From Spirochaetia bacterium (GTDB lineage: Bacteria > Spirochaetota > Spirochaetia > SZUA-6 > Bin103): 64,000 nt of DNA. Below are positions 37,261 through 47,986 of this stretch, piece by piece (positions within the stretch are counted from its first letter, which is position 1; every line of letters starts with the position of its first letter). The DNA lies in assembly GCA_965203905.1 (NCBI GenBank), contig CBDBDQ010000005.1, forward strand, positions 2,208,001 to 2,272,000. The letters run 5' to 3'. The position numbers and the translations under genes were made by a program. A model generated the notes under the pieces. It made no database searches, was not told the DNA's origin, and saw only the letters and a list, made by a program, of their open reading frames with translations.

Positions 37261-37631
37261 TCGTCCTCGATACCAGCGTAATCATCGATCTGTTCATCGA
37301 CGGCGACGCTGCTGATGCAACCGATGCGATTGTCAAACGCGGCGAAGGTGCGTTGTCCGCCATCACGGTGTTCGAACTGCTCTCCGGCGTGCACGACCCC
37401 GCCCATCTGCGTGAACGGCGCGAGCTGATCGACACCTGCCGCGTGCTGGAGGTGTCCCGTGAGGTCTCGTTCCGTGCGGCGGAGCTCTATACCGACCTGC
37501 GTGATGCCGGGCAACTGATTCCAAACGAGGATCTGCTGATCGCCGCCACGGCACTCGTGCGCCGGTGTGCGCTCCACACCCTCAATCGCAGGCACTATCA
37601 GAGAATCTCATCACTACGGCTCCATGAATGA
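37257..37631 (+). CDS. vapC: VapC PIN-domain toxin
   Basis: LDTSVIID, TVFEL, DLLIAATA and TLNRRHY. Confidence 0.92.
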   Translation: MIVLDTSVIIDLFIDGDAADATDAIVKRGEGALSAITVFELLSGVHDPAHLRERRELIDTCRVLEVSREVSFRAAELYTDLRDAGQLIPNEDLLIAATALVRRCALHTLNRRHYQRISSLRLHE

Positions 37632-37787
37632 AGCAAGCGTGTTCGCATCCCACCGGTTGGTTGACCGGGGCAGGATGCACCGCTGAGGTACCCGGTTGTT
37701 GGGCCTGAAGAGCGCTGAAGGGAGATCTGAAGGAGAGCGCCGCTTGGGGTTGAGCAATACCGGGGCGGCGTGCCACGGTCATGCGCC

Positions 37788-38705
37788 ATGAAGGCACGAA
37801 CCATCGAGTACCAGCCGGGTGGCGGCGTGCGCCTGGTGGAAGTGGCGGTAGCCGATCCCGGACCGGGGGAGGTCCAGGTGCGCGCCGCCGCCTGCGGCAT
37901 CTGCGCGTGGGACCTGTTCACCTACCGCCACGGCAGCGACGCCCCCAGCGCGGCGCCGCCAGGCCATGAAGGCGTGGGCCGGGTGCTCAAGGTGGGAGCC
38001 GGCGTCAGCGGTCTGGCGGAAGGCGACGCGGTGGTGGCGCGGGGCTTCGCCACCGTGCACAACGTCCCCGCCGAGCGCGCGCTCCCCATCCCGGACACCG
38101 ACATTCCGCTACAGCGCTGGATCGTCGAGCCGGTGAGCTGCGTGGTCACGGGCCTCGACCACACCCGTGCCCGGGCCGGCGACCGGGTGGCGGTGATCGG
38201 CTGCGGATTCATGGGACTGATGCTGCTGCAAGGGCTGGTGCGCTCCTGCGTCAGCCACCTGGCGGCCATCGACGTGAACCGTGACCGGCTGGCCATGGCG
38301 TGCGGCTTTGGCGTCGACGCCGCCTACCATCCCGACGACACGGCGCTGCGCGAGGAGCAGCCGTTCGACTGCGTGGTCGATGCGTCGGGAGCGCAGGCGG
38401 GCCTCGATCTGGCCACGGCTCTGCTGGCCCGCGGAGGCGTGCTCAACCTGTTCGGCTGGAACCACGGGCGCCCCACGTTCGCCGGCGACCGCTGGCACCT
38501 GGGCGGCTTCACGGTGGTCAACTCCGCCCCCGGCTCCAGGCTCCGCGACACCTTCCCCCCGGCCATCCGCCTTCTCGCGAAGCGGATCATCGACCTGGAG
38601 CCGCTCATCACCCACACCGTCCCGCTCGACGGCTATCCCGACCTGCTGGCCCAGGTGGCTGCCGGCGACCCCGGCTACATCAAGGGTGTCGTCACCCTCG
38701 ACTGA
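37788..38705 (+). CDS. Zn-binding dehydrogenase (MDR family)
   Basis: CGICAWD, GHEG, EPVSC and IGCGFMG. Confidence 0.9.
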   Translation: MKARTIEYQPGGGVRLVEVAVADPGPGEVQVRAAACGICAWDLFTYRHGSDAPSAAPPGHEGVGRVLKVGAGVSGLAEGDAVVARGFATVHNVPAERALPIPDTDIPLQRWIVEPVSCVVTGLDHTRARAGDRVAVIGCGFMGLMLLQGLVRSCVSHLAAIDVNRDRLAMACGFGVDAAYHPDDTALREEQPFDCVVDASGAQAGLDLATALLARGGVLNLFGWNHGRPTFAGDRWHLGGFTVVNSAPGSRLRDTFPPAIRLLAKRIIDLEPLITHTVPLDGYPDLLAQVAAGDPGYIKGVVTLD

Positions 38706-38706
38706 G

Positions 38707-39456
38707 ATGGAACGGGTTCTCGTTACCGGGCTGAGCGGTCTCATCGGCGGTCTGCTGCGGCCCGCCCTCGCCGCCCGCTACCGGCTGCGCGCGCTGAACC
38801 GGTCGCCGGTGCCCGGCGTGGAGACCGTGCAGGCCGACATCAACGACGGTGCGGCCATCGCGCCGGCGTTCGCCGATGTCGCGGTCGTAGTGCATCTGGC
38901 CGCGGCGCTGGGCGCCGACGTGAAACAGCTCCTTACCACCAACGTCAACGGCACCTACCAGGTGTTCGAGGCAGCCCGCGCCGCCGGCGTGCGGCGCGTC
39001 GTCTACGCCAGCTCCGGCGCCACGGTGGGCGGCTATGAGGCGGACGAGCCGTTTCGCGCCATGGTGGAGGGGCGCTGGGGGGACGTTCCCGAGCCGCCGC
39101 CGGTGGTGACCCACGCCGACCCGGTGCGGCCCAGCGGCGTCTACGGCGTCACCAAGGTGTTCGGGGAGGCGCTGGCGCGCCATTATGCCGACGCCTACGG
39201 CATCTCCATGCTGTGCCTGCGCATCGGTGCCGTACTTCCGGCCGACCGGCCGCAGGACTCGCGCCACGCCGCCGTGTTCCTGAGCCAGCGCGATGCGGTG
39301 CAGGCTATCGTACGCTGCCTCGAGGCACCTCCCGAGGTGCGCTTCGCCGTGATGTTCGCCGTCTCCGACAACCGCGGTCGTTACCGCGACGTGGAGTACA
39401 CCCGGCGCACCATCGGCTTCGAGCCGCAGGACGCCAGCCCCGACTCGGCGCCGTAA
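38707..39456 (+). CDS. NAD-dependent epimerase/dehydratase family (uronate dehydrogenase-like)
   Basis: VTGLSGLIG, HLAA, YASS, YGVTK and LRIG. Confidence 0.88.
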   Translation: MERVLVTGLSGLIGGLLRPALAARYRLRALNRSPVPGVETVQADINDGAAIAPAFADVAVVVHLAAALGADVKQLLTTNVNGTYQVFEAARAAGVRRVVYASSGATVGGYEADEPFRAMVEGRWGDVPEPPPVVTHADPVRPSGVYGVTKVFGEALARHYADAYGISMLCLRIGAVLPADRPQDSRHAAVFLSQRDAVQAIVRCLEAPPEVRFAVMFAVSDNRGRYRDVEYTRRTIGFEPQDASPDSAP

Positions 39457-39529
39457 CCGTTGCGCAGGTGCCGAGCAAGGAAGACCTGCGGGAGGCCGCC
39501 GGTGTCATCGCCGATCGGGATCGGCTTCA

Positions 39530-41713
39530 TCAGGCCCCCGATTCGGTGGCTGTGCGCGCGCCGATGAGGTATCGATAGAGCCTGAGTGTGAGCTGTTCTT
39601 CCTGTTGCTCCAGCCGGCGGCGCGCACCCGGCGTCAACAGCATCGTGCGGCACGGTTCGTCGGCGATCACCGAGGCCGCCTTCTCGTGCAGCGCCCCCGG
39701 CGGCCAGATCGCATCGCCGGGAGCATACTGGTTCAGGCGCGCTTCCGCGGCATCGTAGCCGGAAGCCCGGCCCGTAACCAGCAGTTGCAGACCGTCGGGC
39801 GGCGCTCCTGGTCCTTTGAGGGCGGCACCGGCGGCGTACTGGCGCGGACTCGTCCACGACTGCAGTTTCTCCATCAGGCTTTCGAATTCGATCTGTCGCT
39901 CCAGGTAGCGTTCGAGGTCGCCGGCGGCGTACTCCAGCAGGGCGGCGCGGCGCTCGTCCGCCTGGTCCGCGTTCGCCTTCCACGCCGCGAGCAGGATCTC
40001 CTCGCTGCGTTCGAGGGCCCGGTCCACGTTCGGCTCCAGCAGCAGATCGTCGTACGCGGAGGGAGCCAGGTTGTGCTGCAGCCCGGTCCGCAGTTCGCCG
40101 GACGCCGCGCTCAGCACCACGCGCACTCCGGCCGCGCCCGCCGTCTGCAGGAACCGGCACAGCACGTTCACCGCCGAGAAGTCGAAGCCGGACACGGCGG
40201 CGAAGTCCAGCAGCAGGCAGTCGGGCCGCGACTCGCCCCGCAACTCCTGCCGCAGGTGCTCGGCCAGCGGGCAGACGCTGCCGAAGAACAGGTACCCGCG
40301 CAGCCGGTAGCCGTGCACCCGCTCCCCATTCTCCAGCAGGATGGCGCGGTCGGGCACCGGTCGGGCCTTGTTGCTGTGCCGCTCACGCGCGGTGAAGCGC
40401 GCCTCGACCGGGTCCACGCGGCCAAGCCGCACGGCGAAGAACACCAGGGTCGCGAGCATCCCGGCGCCCACGCCCTCCAGCAGTCCCAACCAGGTGATGG
40501 TCACGAAGATCAACACGATGATGCCGTACTCCGACCAGGGGAGCCGCCGGCGGCTCTTGACCAGCCCCTCGTCCAGCATGCCGAGTCCGGCAAAGACCAG
40601 CATTCCCCCTACCAGGGACGCCGGGACCAGCTCCAGCATGCCGTCGCCCAGGAACAGCGCGCCGCCGATCACCAGGGCGGCGACCACCCCGGTAAGGCGC
40701 GTGTCGGCTCCGAACAGCTTGCTGCGCAGAGACGCCGGCACCACGATGGTAGCCACCGTACCGCCGCCGACGCCGGCAAGCATGCTGGCGACACCGGTCA
40801 CCCGGAACTCCCGATCCCAGTCCAGCTCCTGATTCGCGGCCAGCTCCAGGCCGGCTACGTTCAGAACGACGCAGATGAAGGCGACCAGAATCAACGTGAT
40901 CATGTGGGGGCCCTGCCCGGCCAGTGCCCGCCACGCGACGTGCACCAGGTCGGCGGGCAAGAGCGCCGGCCACAGGCCGCCGTCGGCGGTGCTGCTGAGC
41001 AGCAGGCCCGCCGCCCGTGCGGCTTCGCCCGAAATGCCGAGCAGGGAGAGTGCGAGGTGGTAGGCGCCGACGGCGAGCGCGACGCTCAGCGGCAGGATCA
41101 GGGGGTGGCGCCAGCGCTTCATCGCCAGGTACAGGGCGATCCCGAATCCCGCGCCGGGGCTCCACTTCCACAGCATCGAGGGCTCCACCAGCGCGGGAAG
41201 CGCGCGCCAGTCCGGGTCCGCCCCCATCAGCGACAGGGCCGCCAGGCACACGGCGCCGCCGATTCCGGCCACGAACCCGCCGGCCACCGGGTAGGGGATG
41301 AAGCGCACCACGTTGGCGCGCCGGAAGCGTCCGATCAGCAGACAGCACACGCCCGTGGCCACGGCGCTCAGCATCAGCGCCACCACCGTGGTGACGAACA
41401 GCGGGTGGCCCTCCGCGTCCATCGAGAAGCCGATGGTGGCCATCACGATCACCAGCGCCGGCGACAGTCCCGCGATCGCGCCCCGGTAGCCGCCCCCGAG
41501 GGCGACTACCAGGCACGCCGCGAAGTTGCCGAACAGCACCAGCCCCACGCCCTGGGAGGAGTAGGAGGCCAGCGGCCCCGAGAAGATGAAGCTGCCGAAG
41601 GCGACCTGAGCGACGAGCAGTCCGAGCCCCGAAGTGAAGCCGGCCGCCAGCGCCGGGACGGCCTTCCCCGAACGCAGGTCGGCGTGCAGCCCGGACGCAA
41701 ACTCTCGGAGCAC
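39530..41713 (-). CDS. SulP family anion transporter with STAS and degenerate cNMP-binding domains
   Basis: RFIPYPVAGGF, many TM segments, GYLFFGS, LLDF..VSGFDFSA, and a C-terminal cNMP-like region. Confidence 0.88.
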   Translation of the reverse strand: MLREFASGLHADLRSGKAVPALAAGFTSGLGLLVAQVAFGSFIFSGPLASYSSQGVGLVLFGNFAACLVVALGGGYRGAIAGLSPALVIVMATIGFSMDAEGHPLFVTTVVALMLSAVATGVCCLLIGRFRRANVVRFIPYPVAGGFVAGIGGAVCLAALSLMGADPDWRALPALVEPSMLWKWSPGAGFGIALYLAMKRWRHPLILPLSVALAVGAYHLALSLLGISGEAARAAGLLLSSTADGGLWPALLPADLVHVAWRALAGQGPHMITLILVAFICVVLNVAGLELAANQELDWDREFRVTGVASMLAGVGGGTVATIVVPASLRSKLFGADTRLTGVVAALVIGGALFLGDGMLELVPASLVGGMLVFAGLGMLDEGLVKSRRRLPWSEYGIIVLIFVTITWLGLLEGVGAGMLATLVFFAVRLGRVDPVEARFTARERHSNKARPVPDRAILLENGERVHGYRLRGYLFFGSVCPLAEHLRQELRGESRPDCLLLDFAAVSGFDFSAVNVLCRFLQTAGAAGVRVVLSAASGELRTGLQHNLAPSAYDDLLLEPNVDRALERSEEILLAAWKANADQADERRAALLEYAAGDLERYLERQIEFESLMEKLQSWTSPRQYAAGAALKGPGAPPDGLQLLVTGRASGYDAAEARLNQYAPGDAIWPPGALHEKAASVIADEPCRTMLLTPGARRRLEQQEEQLTLRLYRYLIGARTATESGA

Positions 41714-41745
41714 CGGTGTCTCCTGGCGGTCGCGGCGCGCCGCGC

Positions 41746-42618
41746 CTACCCGGGGTCGCTGCCGGTCACTTCGCGCACCAGGCGGGTGAGGTAGCCGTGG
41801 GAGTCGTGCACGTAGCGCGGCAGGTTTTCAGGATCCTCGACCTCGAGCTCGACCGCCAGCGGACCGTCGTAGTCGAGCCGGTGCAACTCCTCCAGGTAGC
41901 CGCGCAGCTCCACCTCGCCCGTGCCCAGGGGCACCGAGACGGGGCCGCGGTGGTCCTTGACGTGCAGGTTCCAGATGCTGGCGCCGAAGTCGCGCACGAA
42001 CGCGCGCCAGTCGACCTCCGAGCGGTAGAAGTGGCCGGTGTCGATGGTGATTCCCACCTTGGGATGGTCGATCTCGCTGAAGATGCGGTCGTAGTCGGCG
42101 CGGGTCGAGAAGTTGGAGCCGTGGTGCGGCTCCAGCGCCAGCCGGATCGGCATCTCTTCCACCAGCGGCAACAGCCGCTTGATGCCGGCAATGGATGCGT
42201 CCAGTCCCACCGACCGCGTCCGCTGCGCCCGCGCCGAGGCACCCGGGGCGGCGCGCAGGGCGGCCGCCTGGGCCGGGGACATGCCGCCGCTCATCACCAC
42301 CAGCGGGCAGTCGAGCCCGGCCGCCAGCTCGAACAGGGTGGCCATCTGCTCCGCCGCCGCCTCCGCCGCGCCGACGGACTCGGCGGGGAAAGCTGGCGCG
42401 TAGACCTCCGTGCAGCGCTCCAGGCCGACTGCCTGCGCCGCCGCCTTGATCCGGGCCGCGTCCAGCCAGCGCGCCTCGCCCAGCGCCCGCTGCGCCACCG
42501 AGGCGGCGCCCCAGGCGCGAAAGCCCGCCGGCGGCGCGTAGCGGAAACAGGCCGCGGTCTCGTCGCCGTCGATGCCGCGCGTCGCACAGGTGGTGCAGGA
42601 CAGGATGAAGCGGCTCAC
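41746..42618 (-). CDS. sugar phosphate isomerase/epimerase (AP endonuclease 2 TIM barrel)
   Basis: LEPH, DTGH, HVKD and VELE; the GTG start overlaps the upstream TGA. Confidence 0.88.
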   Translation of the reverse strand: MSRFILSCTTCATRGIDGDETAACFRYAPPAGFRAWGAASVAQRALGEARWLDAARIKAAAQAVGLERCTEVYAPAFPAESVGAAEAAAEQMATLFELAAGLDCPLVVMSGGMSPAQAAALRAAPGASARAQRTRSVGLDASIAGIKRLLPLVEEMPIRLALEPHHGSNFSTRADYDRIFSEIDHPKVGITIDTGHFYRSEVDWRAFVRDFGASIWNLHVKDHRGPVSVPLGTGEVELRGYLEELHRLDYDGPLAVELEVEDPENLPRYVHDSHGYLTRLVREVTGSDPG

Positions 42619-43754
42619 AGGTCGATCCAGCGCCGTTCGGCGGCCGCCTGCAGCACCGCGTCGCACACCACCTGGGTGGCCTGCGCGTCGGCGAAGTCGG
42701 GGCAGGTCTTCTCCCCCGTGGCGAGCCCGCCCAGGAAGTCGGCCAGCGTATTGATGAAGGTGTGCTCGTAGCCGATCACGCACCCCGGCACCCACCAGTG
42801 CTCCATGTAGGGATGGTCCGAATCCCACACCTGGATGGTGCGCCAGCCGCGCAGGTGGCCCTCGTCGGCGTGGGTGAAGTAGCCCAGCTCGTGGGCGTTC
42901 TCCAGGTTGAACGCCAGCGATCCCTGCTCGCCGTTGATCTCGAAGTAGTTCTCGTTCTTGCGCCCGCGCGCGTAGCGGGTGGACTCGAAGGTGGCCATGG
43001 CGCCGTCCGCGAAGCGCGCCAGGAAGGCACACGCGTCGTCGATCTCAACCGGCTTGCGGGTGCCCGGCTCGTCCTGCAGCTCGCGCTCCTTGACGAAGGT
43101 CTCGGTAGTGGCGGCGACGCTGGCGATCGGCCCCGTCAGCCACATCGCGGTGTCGATGGAGTGGGCCAGCAGGTCGCCGGTCACGCCGCTGCCGGACACG
43201 CTCTTGTCCAGCCGCCACAAGGTGTTGCCGCCCTGCGGCACGTCCGCGCTGATGGTCCAGTCCTGCAGGTAGCGCGCGCGGTAGTGGAACACGCGCCCGA
43301 TGCGCCCCTCGTCCACGATCTGCTTGGCCAGGGCGATGGCCGGCACCCGGCGGTAGTTGAACCACACCATGTTCGGCTTGCCGGTGGCGGCCACGGCGTC
43401 GACCAGCTGGGCACCCTGCGCGGCATCCATCGCCAGCGGCTTCTCGCAGGCGATCATCTTGCCCGCGGCCGCGGCGGCCTGTCCCATCTCCAGGTGCACG
43501 TTGTTGGGGGCGCATATGTCGACCAGGTCGATGTCGGGGCGCTCCACCACCCGGCGCCAGTCGGTGTCGGTCTCCTGCCAGCCCCAGTTGGCGGCGAACG
43601 CGTCGAGCTGGTCGCGCTGGCGGGCGCTGGCCACCTTCATCACCGGCTCGTACTCCAGGTCGAAGAAGTTGCCCACCTTGCGGTAGGCGTTGGAGTGGGC
43701 GCGGCCCATGAAGCCGTAGCCGATGATGGCGACGTTCAGATTCTGCTTGGCCAT
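42615..43754 (-). CDS. Gfo/Idh/MocA family oxidoreductase
   Basis: [26 protein letters not shown] and GDLLAHSID. Confidence 0.93.
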   Translation of the reverse strand: MAKQNLNVAIIGYGFMGRAHSNAYRKVGNFFDLEYEPVMKVASARQRDQLDAFAANWGWQETDTDWRRVVERPDIDLVDICAPNNVHLEMGQAAAAAGKMIACEKPLAMDAAQGAQLVDAVAATGKPNMVWFNYRRVPAIALAKQIVDEGRIGRVFHYRARYLQDWTISADVPQGGNTLWRLDKSVSGSGVTGDLLAHSIDTAMWLTGPIASVAATTETFVKERELQDEPGTRKPVEIDDACAFLARFADGAMATFESTRYARGRKNENYFEINGEQGSLAFNLENAHELGYFTHADEGHLRGWRTIQVWDSDHPYMEHWWVPGCVIGYEHTFINTLADFLGGLATGEKTCPDFADAQATQVVCDAVLQAAAERRWIDL

Positions 43755-43764
43755 GGTTCCTCCT

Positions 43765-44685
43765 CTACAGCGAGCGCGCCAGGTCGCGCAGGAACGGCAC
43801 CGCTACCTTGGCGCCCTCGGGCCCGGCGGGGTTGAAGCAGAAGTCGACGCACCACCACTCCATCGCCTCGAGTTCCGATCCCAGCGCCTCCAGGGTGGCC
43901 GGGAAGTCGACGTAGCCCTTGCCGAACTCGATGTGGGTGCTGGTGTCGTCGTCGTGCAGCTCGCCGTCGCTGTCGATCAGGTGCAGGTGTCCCATGCGCT
44001 CGCGGATCAGCGCCGCGTACTCGGCGGTGCCGCCGGGCAGTATCTCGGGCGAACCAGTGTGGCGTCCGCCGGCCACCGCTCCCATGTAGGCGTGGCTGGT
44101 ATCGAACAGCAGGCGGAAGTTGGGGTGGTCCACCGCTTCGTGCAGGCGCACCACCTCGCTCGGCTTGTTGAGCCAGAAGCCGGGCTCGAACTCCCACATC
44201 AGGGTCACCCCATGGTCGGCCGCGGCCGCCGCCAGCGCCTGCAGGCAGCTCACGGCGTTGGCAAAGCGCGCCTCGTAGGTGGCCGTGTCCAGTGGTTCCG
44301 GCGGGCTTGCCGTATCCATGCGCAGAGCGCCGATGCCGGCGTTGCTGCAGAACCGCAGGTAGGGGCGCAGGGTGGCGACGAACTGTTGCGGGCTCACCAG
44401 CGCCGGCGGCGCGGCCTTCAGGTCGGGCAGGTGGCCGTTCACGGCGTAGCCGGAAACGCCCAGGCCCTTGTCGCTCAGATGCGCCATCAGCTCGCGGCAC
44501 CTGGCCGCGGTGTCGTACTGGTCGGGATGGGGGTGGGGCGGGACGGCGTTGATCTCCACGCCGTCGTAGCCGTGCGCGGCGGTGAAGTCGACGAAGCGTT
44601 CCCAGGACCAGGGGTCGGACTCGAACGGGCCGAAGGAGAAGGCCCAGCTCCCCAACGAGATCTTGGGGGATCTGTTCAGTGGCAT
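43765..44685 (-). CDS. sugar phosphate isomerase/epimerase (TIM barrel)
   Basis: YDGVE, WEFEPGF, FDTSH and HLIDSDG. Confidence 0.88.
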   Translation of the reverse strand: MPLNRSPKISLGSWAFSFGPFESDPWSWERFVDFTAAHGYDGVEINAVPPHPHPDQYDTAARCRELMAHLSDKGLGVSGYAVNGHLPDLKAAPPALVSPQQFVATLRPYLRFCSNAGIGALRMDTASPPEPLDTATYEARFANAVSCLQALAAAAADHGVTLMWEFEPGFWLNKPSEVVRLHEAVDHPNFRLLFDTSHAYMGAVAGGRHTGSPEILPGGTAEYAALIRERMGHLHLIDSDGELHDDDTSTHIEFGKGYVDFPATLEALGSELEAMEWWCVDFCFNPAGPEGAKVAVPFLRDLARSL

Positions 44686-44782
44686 GGCCCGATTGTGCCG
44701 TGAGACGGCGGCCCTGAGCAACGCCGGCCGGCGCCGGGGGCACGTTGACAGGCGCGCAGCGCTCCGGCCACGTTGCCGCATC

Positions 44783-45928
44783 ATGCGGCCGCAGCCGAAG
44801 CGCTTGCTGGAAGAGACCTGGGACGACGGGCTGCGCTACACCGAGGAGAGGGGTGAGCCGAAGCTCTCGTTTCCACGGCGCCGTTGCGCACTGTGGAGCG
44901 CGGAGCACGGCGCACCGGTGAGCAGGCTGGGGCTGGTGACGCTGGAGCTGCGCTTCGGGGCGACGGCCCTGCCGGTGGAAGGCTACGAAGGGGTCAGTAC
45001 TCCGCCTGAGCATCGCCGGCGCGGATACATGGCGCGCCTGCTGCGCCGTTCGTTGGCCAGCGCGCGGCGGCGTGTCAGCGTCGTCTGCCTGTTCGGCATC
45101 GACGACCTCTATCCCCGGTACGGCTTCGTGACCTGCGTGGCCGACTCCGAGCTACGGGTCTACCTCGACAGCGCGTGCCGTCTCGGTGGCGCCGGCATTG
45201 ACGCCGTCCGCGTCGGCGGCTGCGCCGATCTTCCGGCCATGCGCGCGCTCTACAACCGGGTCCACGCCACTCGCCCGTGGACCGTCGCGCGCGGCCCGAA
45301 CTGGGATCGCGTGCCGCAGGCGGGCGAGTGGCAGCCTGGCTCGGAAACTCACCTGATGGAACGCGACGGCATACTGCAGGGATACGTGGTGCTGCGATCG
45401 CACCTGTTCGGTTGGCGTTCGCGGCGCTTCGAACTGCGTGAAATCGTGGCCCGCGACACCGCCATCGCCGCCAATCTCCTCGCCTACGCCCTGCACCGTG
45501 CCCGCCAGCTCAACTACGACCGGATAGCGGTTCACGAGCCGCCCGACTCGGCGGTGGCACGGGTAGCGCGCAGCGTCGGGTGCGAGCAGGTGAGCCGGTA
45601 TTGCGCCGCTGGCGGCGGCATGGGCAAGATCGTCGACCGGGAACGGTTCGTGGACGCCATCGCGGCGGAGCTGGCACGCCGGGCGCACGCGGCGGGAGTC
45701 GCCGAATCGGTGGCTGCACCGGCCCTGGCGGCGCTGCGTGACGGGACCCTGGTGCCGGACGACGGCGATCTGCTGCGGCTGGCGGTGGGCTACCAGCGCC
45801 TCGACGAGGTCGCGGTCGAGCGTCAGGGCGGCGCCGACCCGGAGCGGGCGGTGGCCGCGGCCTGGTTTCCCGGCGGCGGCGGTGCCGTGCTGCCGGTGCC
45901 GTTCGCCCACCACCTGGACCACTATTGA
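44783..45928 (+). CDS. GNAT N-acetyltransferase (Eis-like)
   Basis: GVSTPPEHRRRGYM and LYPRYGF; tandem GNAT size. Confidence 0.82.
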   Translation: MRPQPKRLLEETWDDGLRYTEERGEPKLSFPRRRCALWSAEHGAPVSRLGLVTLELRFGATALPVEGYEGVSTPPEHRRRGYMARLLRRSLASARRRVSVVCLFGIDDLYPRYGFVTCVADSELRVYLDSACRLGGAGIDAVRVGGCADLPAMRALYNRVHATRPWTVARGPNWDRVPQAGEWQPGSETHLMERDGILQGYVVLRSHLFGWRSRRFELREIVARDTAIAANLLAYALHRARQLNYDRIAVHEPPDSAVARVARSVGCEQVSRYCAAGGGMGKIVDRERFVDAIAAELARRAHAAGVAESVAAPALAALRDGTLVPDDGDLLRLAVGYQRLDEVAVERQGGADPERAVAAAWFPGGGGAVLPVPFAHHLDHY

Positions 45929-45950
45929 TGCCCGTGCCGCCACCCGCCGC

Positions 45951-46865
45951 ATGATCGGCAGCATATTCTGGGGAGTCGCCCTGGCGGTCGTCGTGGGCAC
46001 CGTCATGGGGCTGATGGGCGCGGGCGGCTCCATCCTCACGGTACCGATCCTGGTCTACGTGGTGGGCGTCGACGCGGTCACCGCCACCGCCTACTCACTG
46101 TTCGTGGTCGGGGTCACCAGCGTGGTCGGCGCCGCCAGCTACTGGCGGCGCGGGTCGGTGCACGTGCGCGCCGCGGTGGCCTTCTCCATTCCCTCGCTGC
46201 TGGTGGTGTTCGCGACCCGGCTCTGGCTGGTGCCGGCCATTCCGCGGCAGCTCGGCACGGTGGCCGGGATCGAGGTGAGCAAGGACCTGTTCATCCTGGT
46301 GCTGTTCGCCCTGATCATGGGCCTGAGCGCGCTGTCGATGATCGTGCGGCCGCGCTACGCCGTGCACGTGATCGGCGCCGGCGCCGGCGGCAGCGACGGC
46401 GCCGCACCTGAAGCGCCGCGGCCACCCGGCGCGGGTCCGGTTGCGGCGCCACGTGGCGCAGGACGCCCCGCCTCGGCGCAACCTCCGGTCAAGGTGAGCG
46501 TACCGCTGATAGCGCTGGAAGGGGCGGTCATCGGCGTACTCACCGGCGTGGTGGGCGCCGGCGGCGGCTTTGCAATCGTGCCGGCGCTGGCGGTGTTCGC
46601 ACGCTTGCCGATGCGCGTGGCGGTGGGCACCTCGCTGACCATCATCGCCGCCAAGTCGCTGTTCGGCTTCTTGGGCGACGTCGCCGTGGAGAGCAGCTTC
46701 GACTGGGGGCTGCTGCTGGCCTTCACCGCCCTGGCGGTGGCCGGAATCCTGCTCGGCAGCCGGCTGGGCCGCCTGGTGCCGGGAGCCAGGCTGCGGCCCG
46801 CGTTCGGCTGGTTCGTGCTGCTGGCCGCGGCAGGCATCCTGGTGCGCGAGCTGGTGCTGTCATAG
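45951..46865 (+). CDS. sulfite exporter TauE/SafE family
   Basis: GLMGAGGSILTVP, GVVGAGGGF and AVGTSL. Confidence 0.92.
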   Translation: MIGSIFWGVALAVVVGTVMGLMGAGGSILTVPILVYVVGVDAVTATAYSLFVVGVTSVVGAASYWRRGSVHVRAAVAFSIPSLLVVFATRLWLVPAIPRQLGTVAGIEVSKDLFILVLFALIMGLSALSMIVRPRYAVHVIGAGAGGSDGAAPEAPRPPGAGPVAAPRGAGRPASAQPPVKVSVPLIALEGAVIGVLTGVVGAGGGFAIVPALAVFARLPMRVAVGTSLTIIAAKSLFGFLGDVAVESSFDWGLLLAFTALAVAGILLGSRLGRLVPGARLRPAFGWFVLLAAAGILVRELVLS

Positions 46866-46905
46866 GTGCGGGCCGTGCCGGCACCGCCGCAGTATAGTGG
46901 CGCCC

Positions 46906-47970
46906 ATGGACACCATCATCAAGTCGGAAACGGAGCTGCAGCGCCTGGTCGCGGAGGTGGCGGCGGCCGTCGGCACGGACGCGGCCGACGCCGAGACCCT
47001 GGCGAACCACCTGGTGGGAGCCGAACTGTGCGGCGTGCAGACCCACGGCATCTTTCACGTTCCCCATTACCTGGAGGAGATCTCCAGTCACGAGCTGCTG
47101 CCCGCGGCCAGGCCGCACGTGGTGCAGAGCGGCGCGGCCAAGGTACTGGTATCGGGCGAGCTCGGGTTCGGCCAGGTCGCGGCCGAGTACCTGGTCCGCG
47201 CCACCATTCCCCTGGCCCGTGAGGCGGGGGTGGCGGTGGGTGCGCTGGTGCGCTGCAACCACATCGGGCGCCTCGGCCACTACGCCGAGCTGGCCGCGGC
47301 CGAGGGGCTGATATCTCTCATCTGCGCCGGCGGGTTCGCGGTGACCGGAGCGCGTGCCGCACCCTTCGGCGGGCGCCAGCGCCTGCTCGACACCAACCCG
47401 TTCTGCATGGGCTTCCCGGCGCGCGGCGAAGCGCCGGTCGTGGTTGATTTCGCCACCACCGCCCTGTCGGGGGTGAAGGTCGCCAATGCCCTGCAGCGCG
47501 GCGAGCAGTTGCCCGCCTACAGCATCGTCGATCGTGCGGGACAACACACCACCGATCCGGAAGACTTCGCCGCCGGCGGGGCGTACCTGCCGTTCGGCGG
47601 CGCCGGCGGCGGCCACAAGGGCTACGCCATCATGCTGGCGGTGGAAATGCTCGGGCGGCTGTTCAGCGGCGCCGATGCGCACGCGGTGGCCGGCGAAGGG
47701 GTGCCGCTGATGCGCCACCAGGGCGTGACCATGCTGTTGCTGCGCGGCGACCTGTTCCAGCCCCTGCAACGGTTGCTGGAGGGCAACGACGCGCTCCTGG
47801 AGACCCTCCGTACCAGTGAGCCGGCGGCCGGCTCCGAGGAGGTGCTGTACCCCGGGCTGGCGGAGATGCGCACCCGCGCGCAACGCCGCCGCGACGGCAT
47901 ACCGCTGGCCGTGGACATCTGGCAGCGGTTCGCCGCCGCTGCCGCACAGGTGGGGGTCGACTGCGGCTGA
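46906..47970 (+). CDS. Ldh_2 family oxidoreductase (malate/L-lactate/sulfolactate dehydrogenase-like)
   Basis: THG, HIGRLGHY, TNP, DFAT and GHKGY. Confidence 0.9.
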   Translation: MDTIIKSETELQRLVAEVAAAVGTDAADAETLANHLVGAELCGVQTHGIFHVPHYLEEISSHELLPAARPHVVQSGAAKVLVSGELGFGQVAAEYLVRATIPLAREAGVAVGALVRCNHIGRLGHYAELAAAEGLISLICAGGFAVTGARAAPFGGRQRLLDTNPFCMGFPARGEAPVVVDFATTALSGVKVANALQRGEQLPAYSIVDRAGQHTTDPEDFAAGGAYLPFGGAGGGHKGYAIMLAVEMLGRLFSGADAHAVAGEGVPLMRHQGVTMLLLRGDLFQPLQRLLEGNDALLETLRTSEPAAGSEEVLYPGLAEMRTRAQRRRDGIPLAVDIWQRFAAAAAQVGVDCG

Positions 47971-47986
47971 CTTGGGCGCGGGCGGG

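Noticed and set aside
37705-37732. CTGAAG x3 downstream of vapC
   Set aside because: It is too short and irregularly spaced to support a function.
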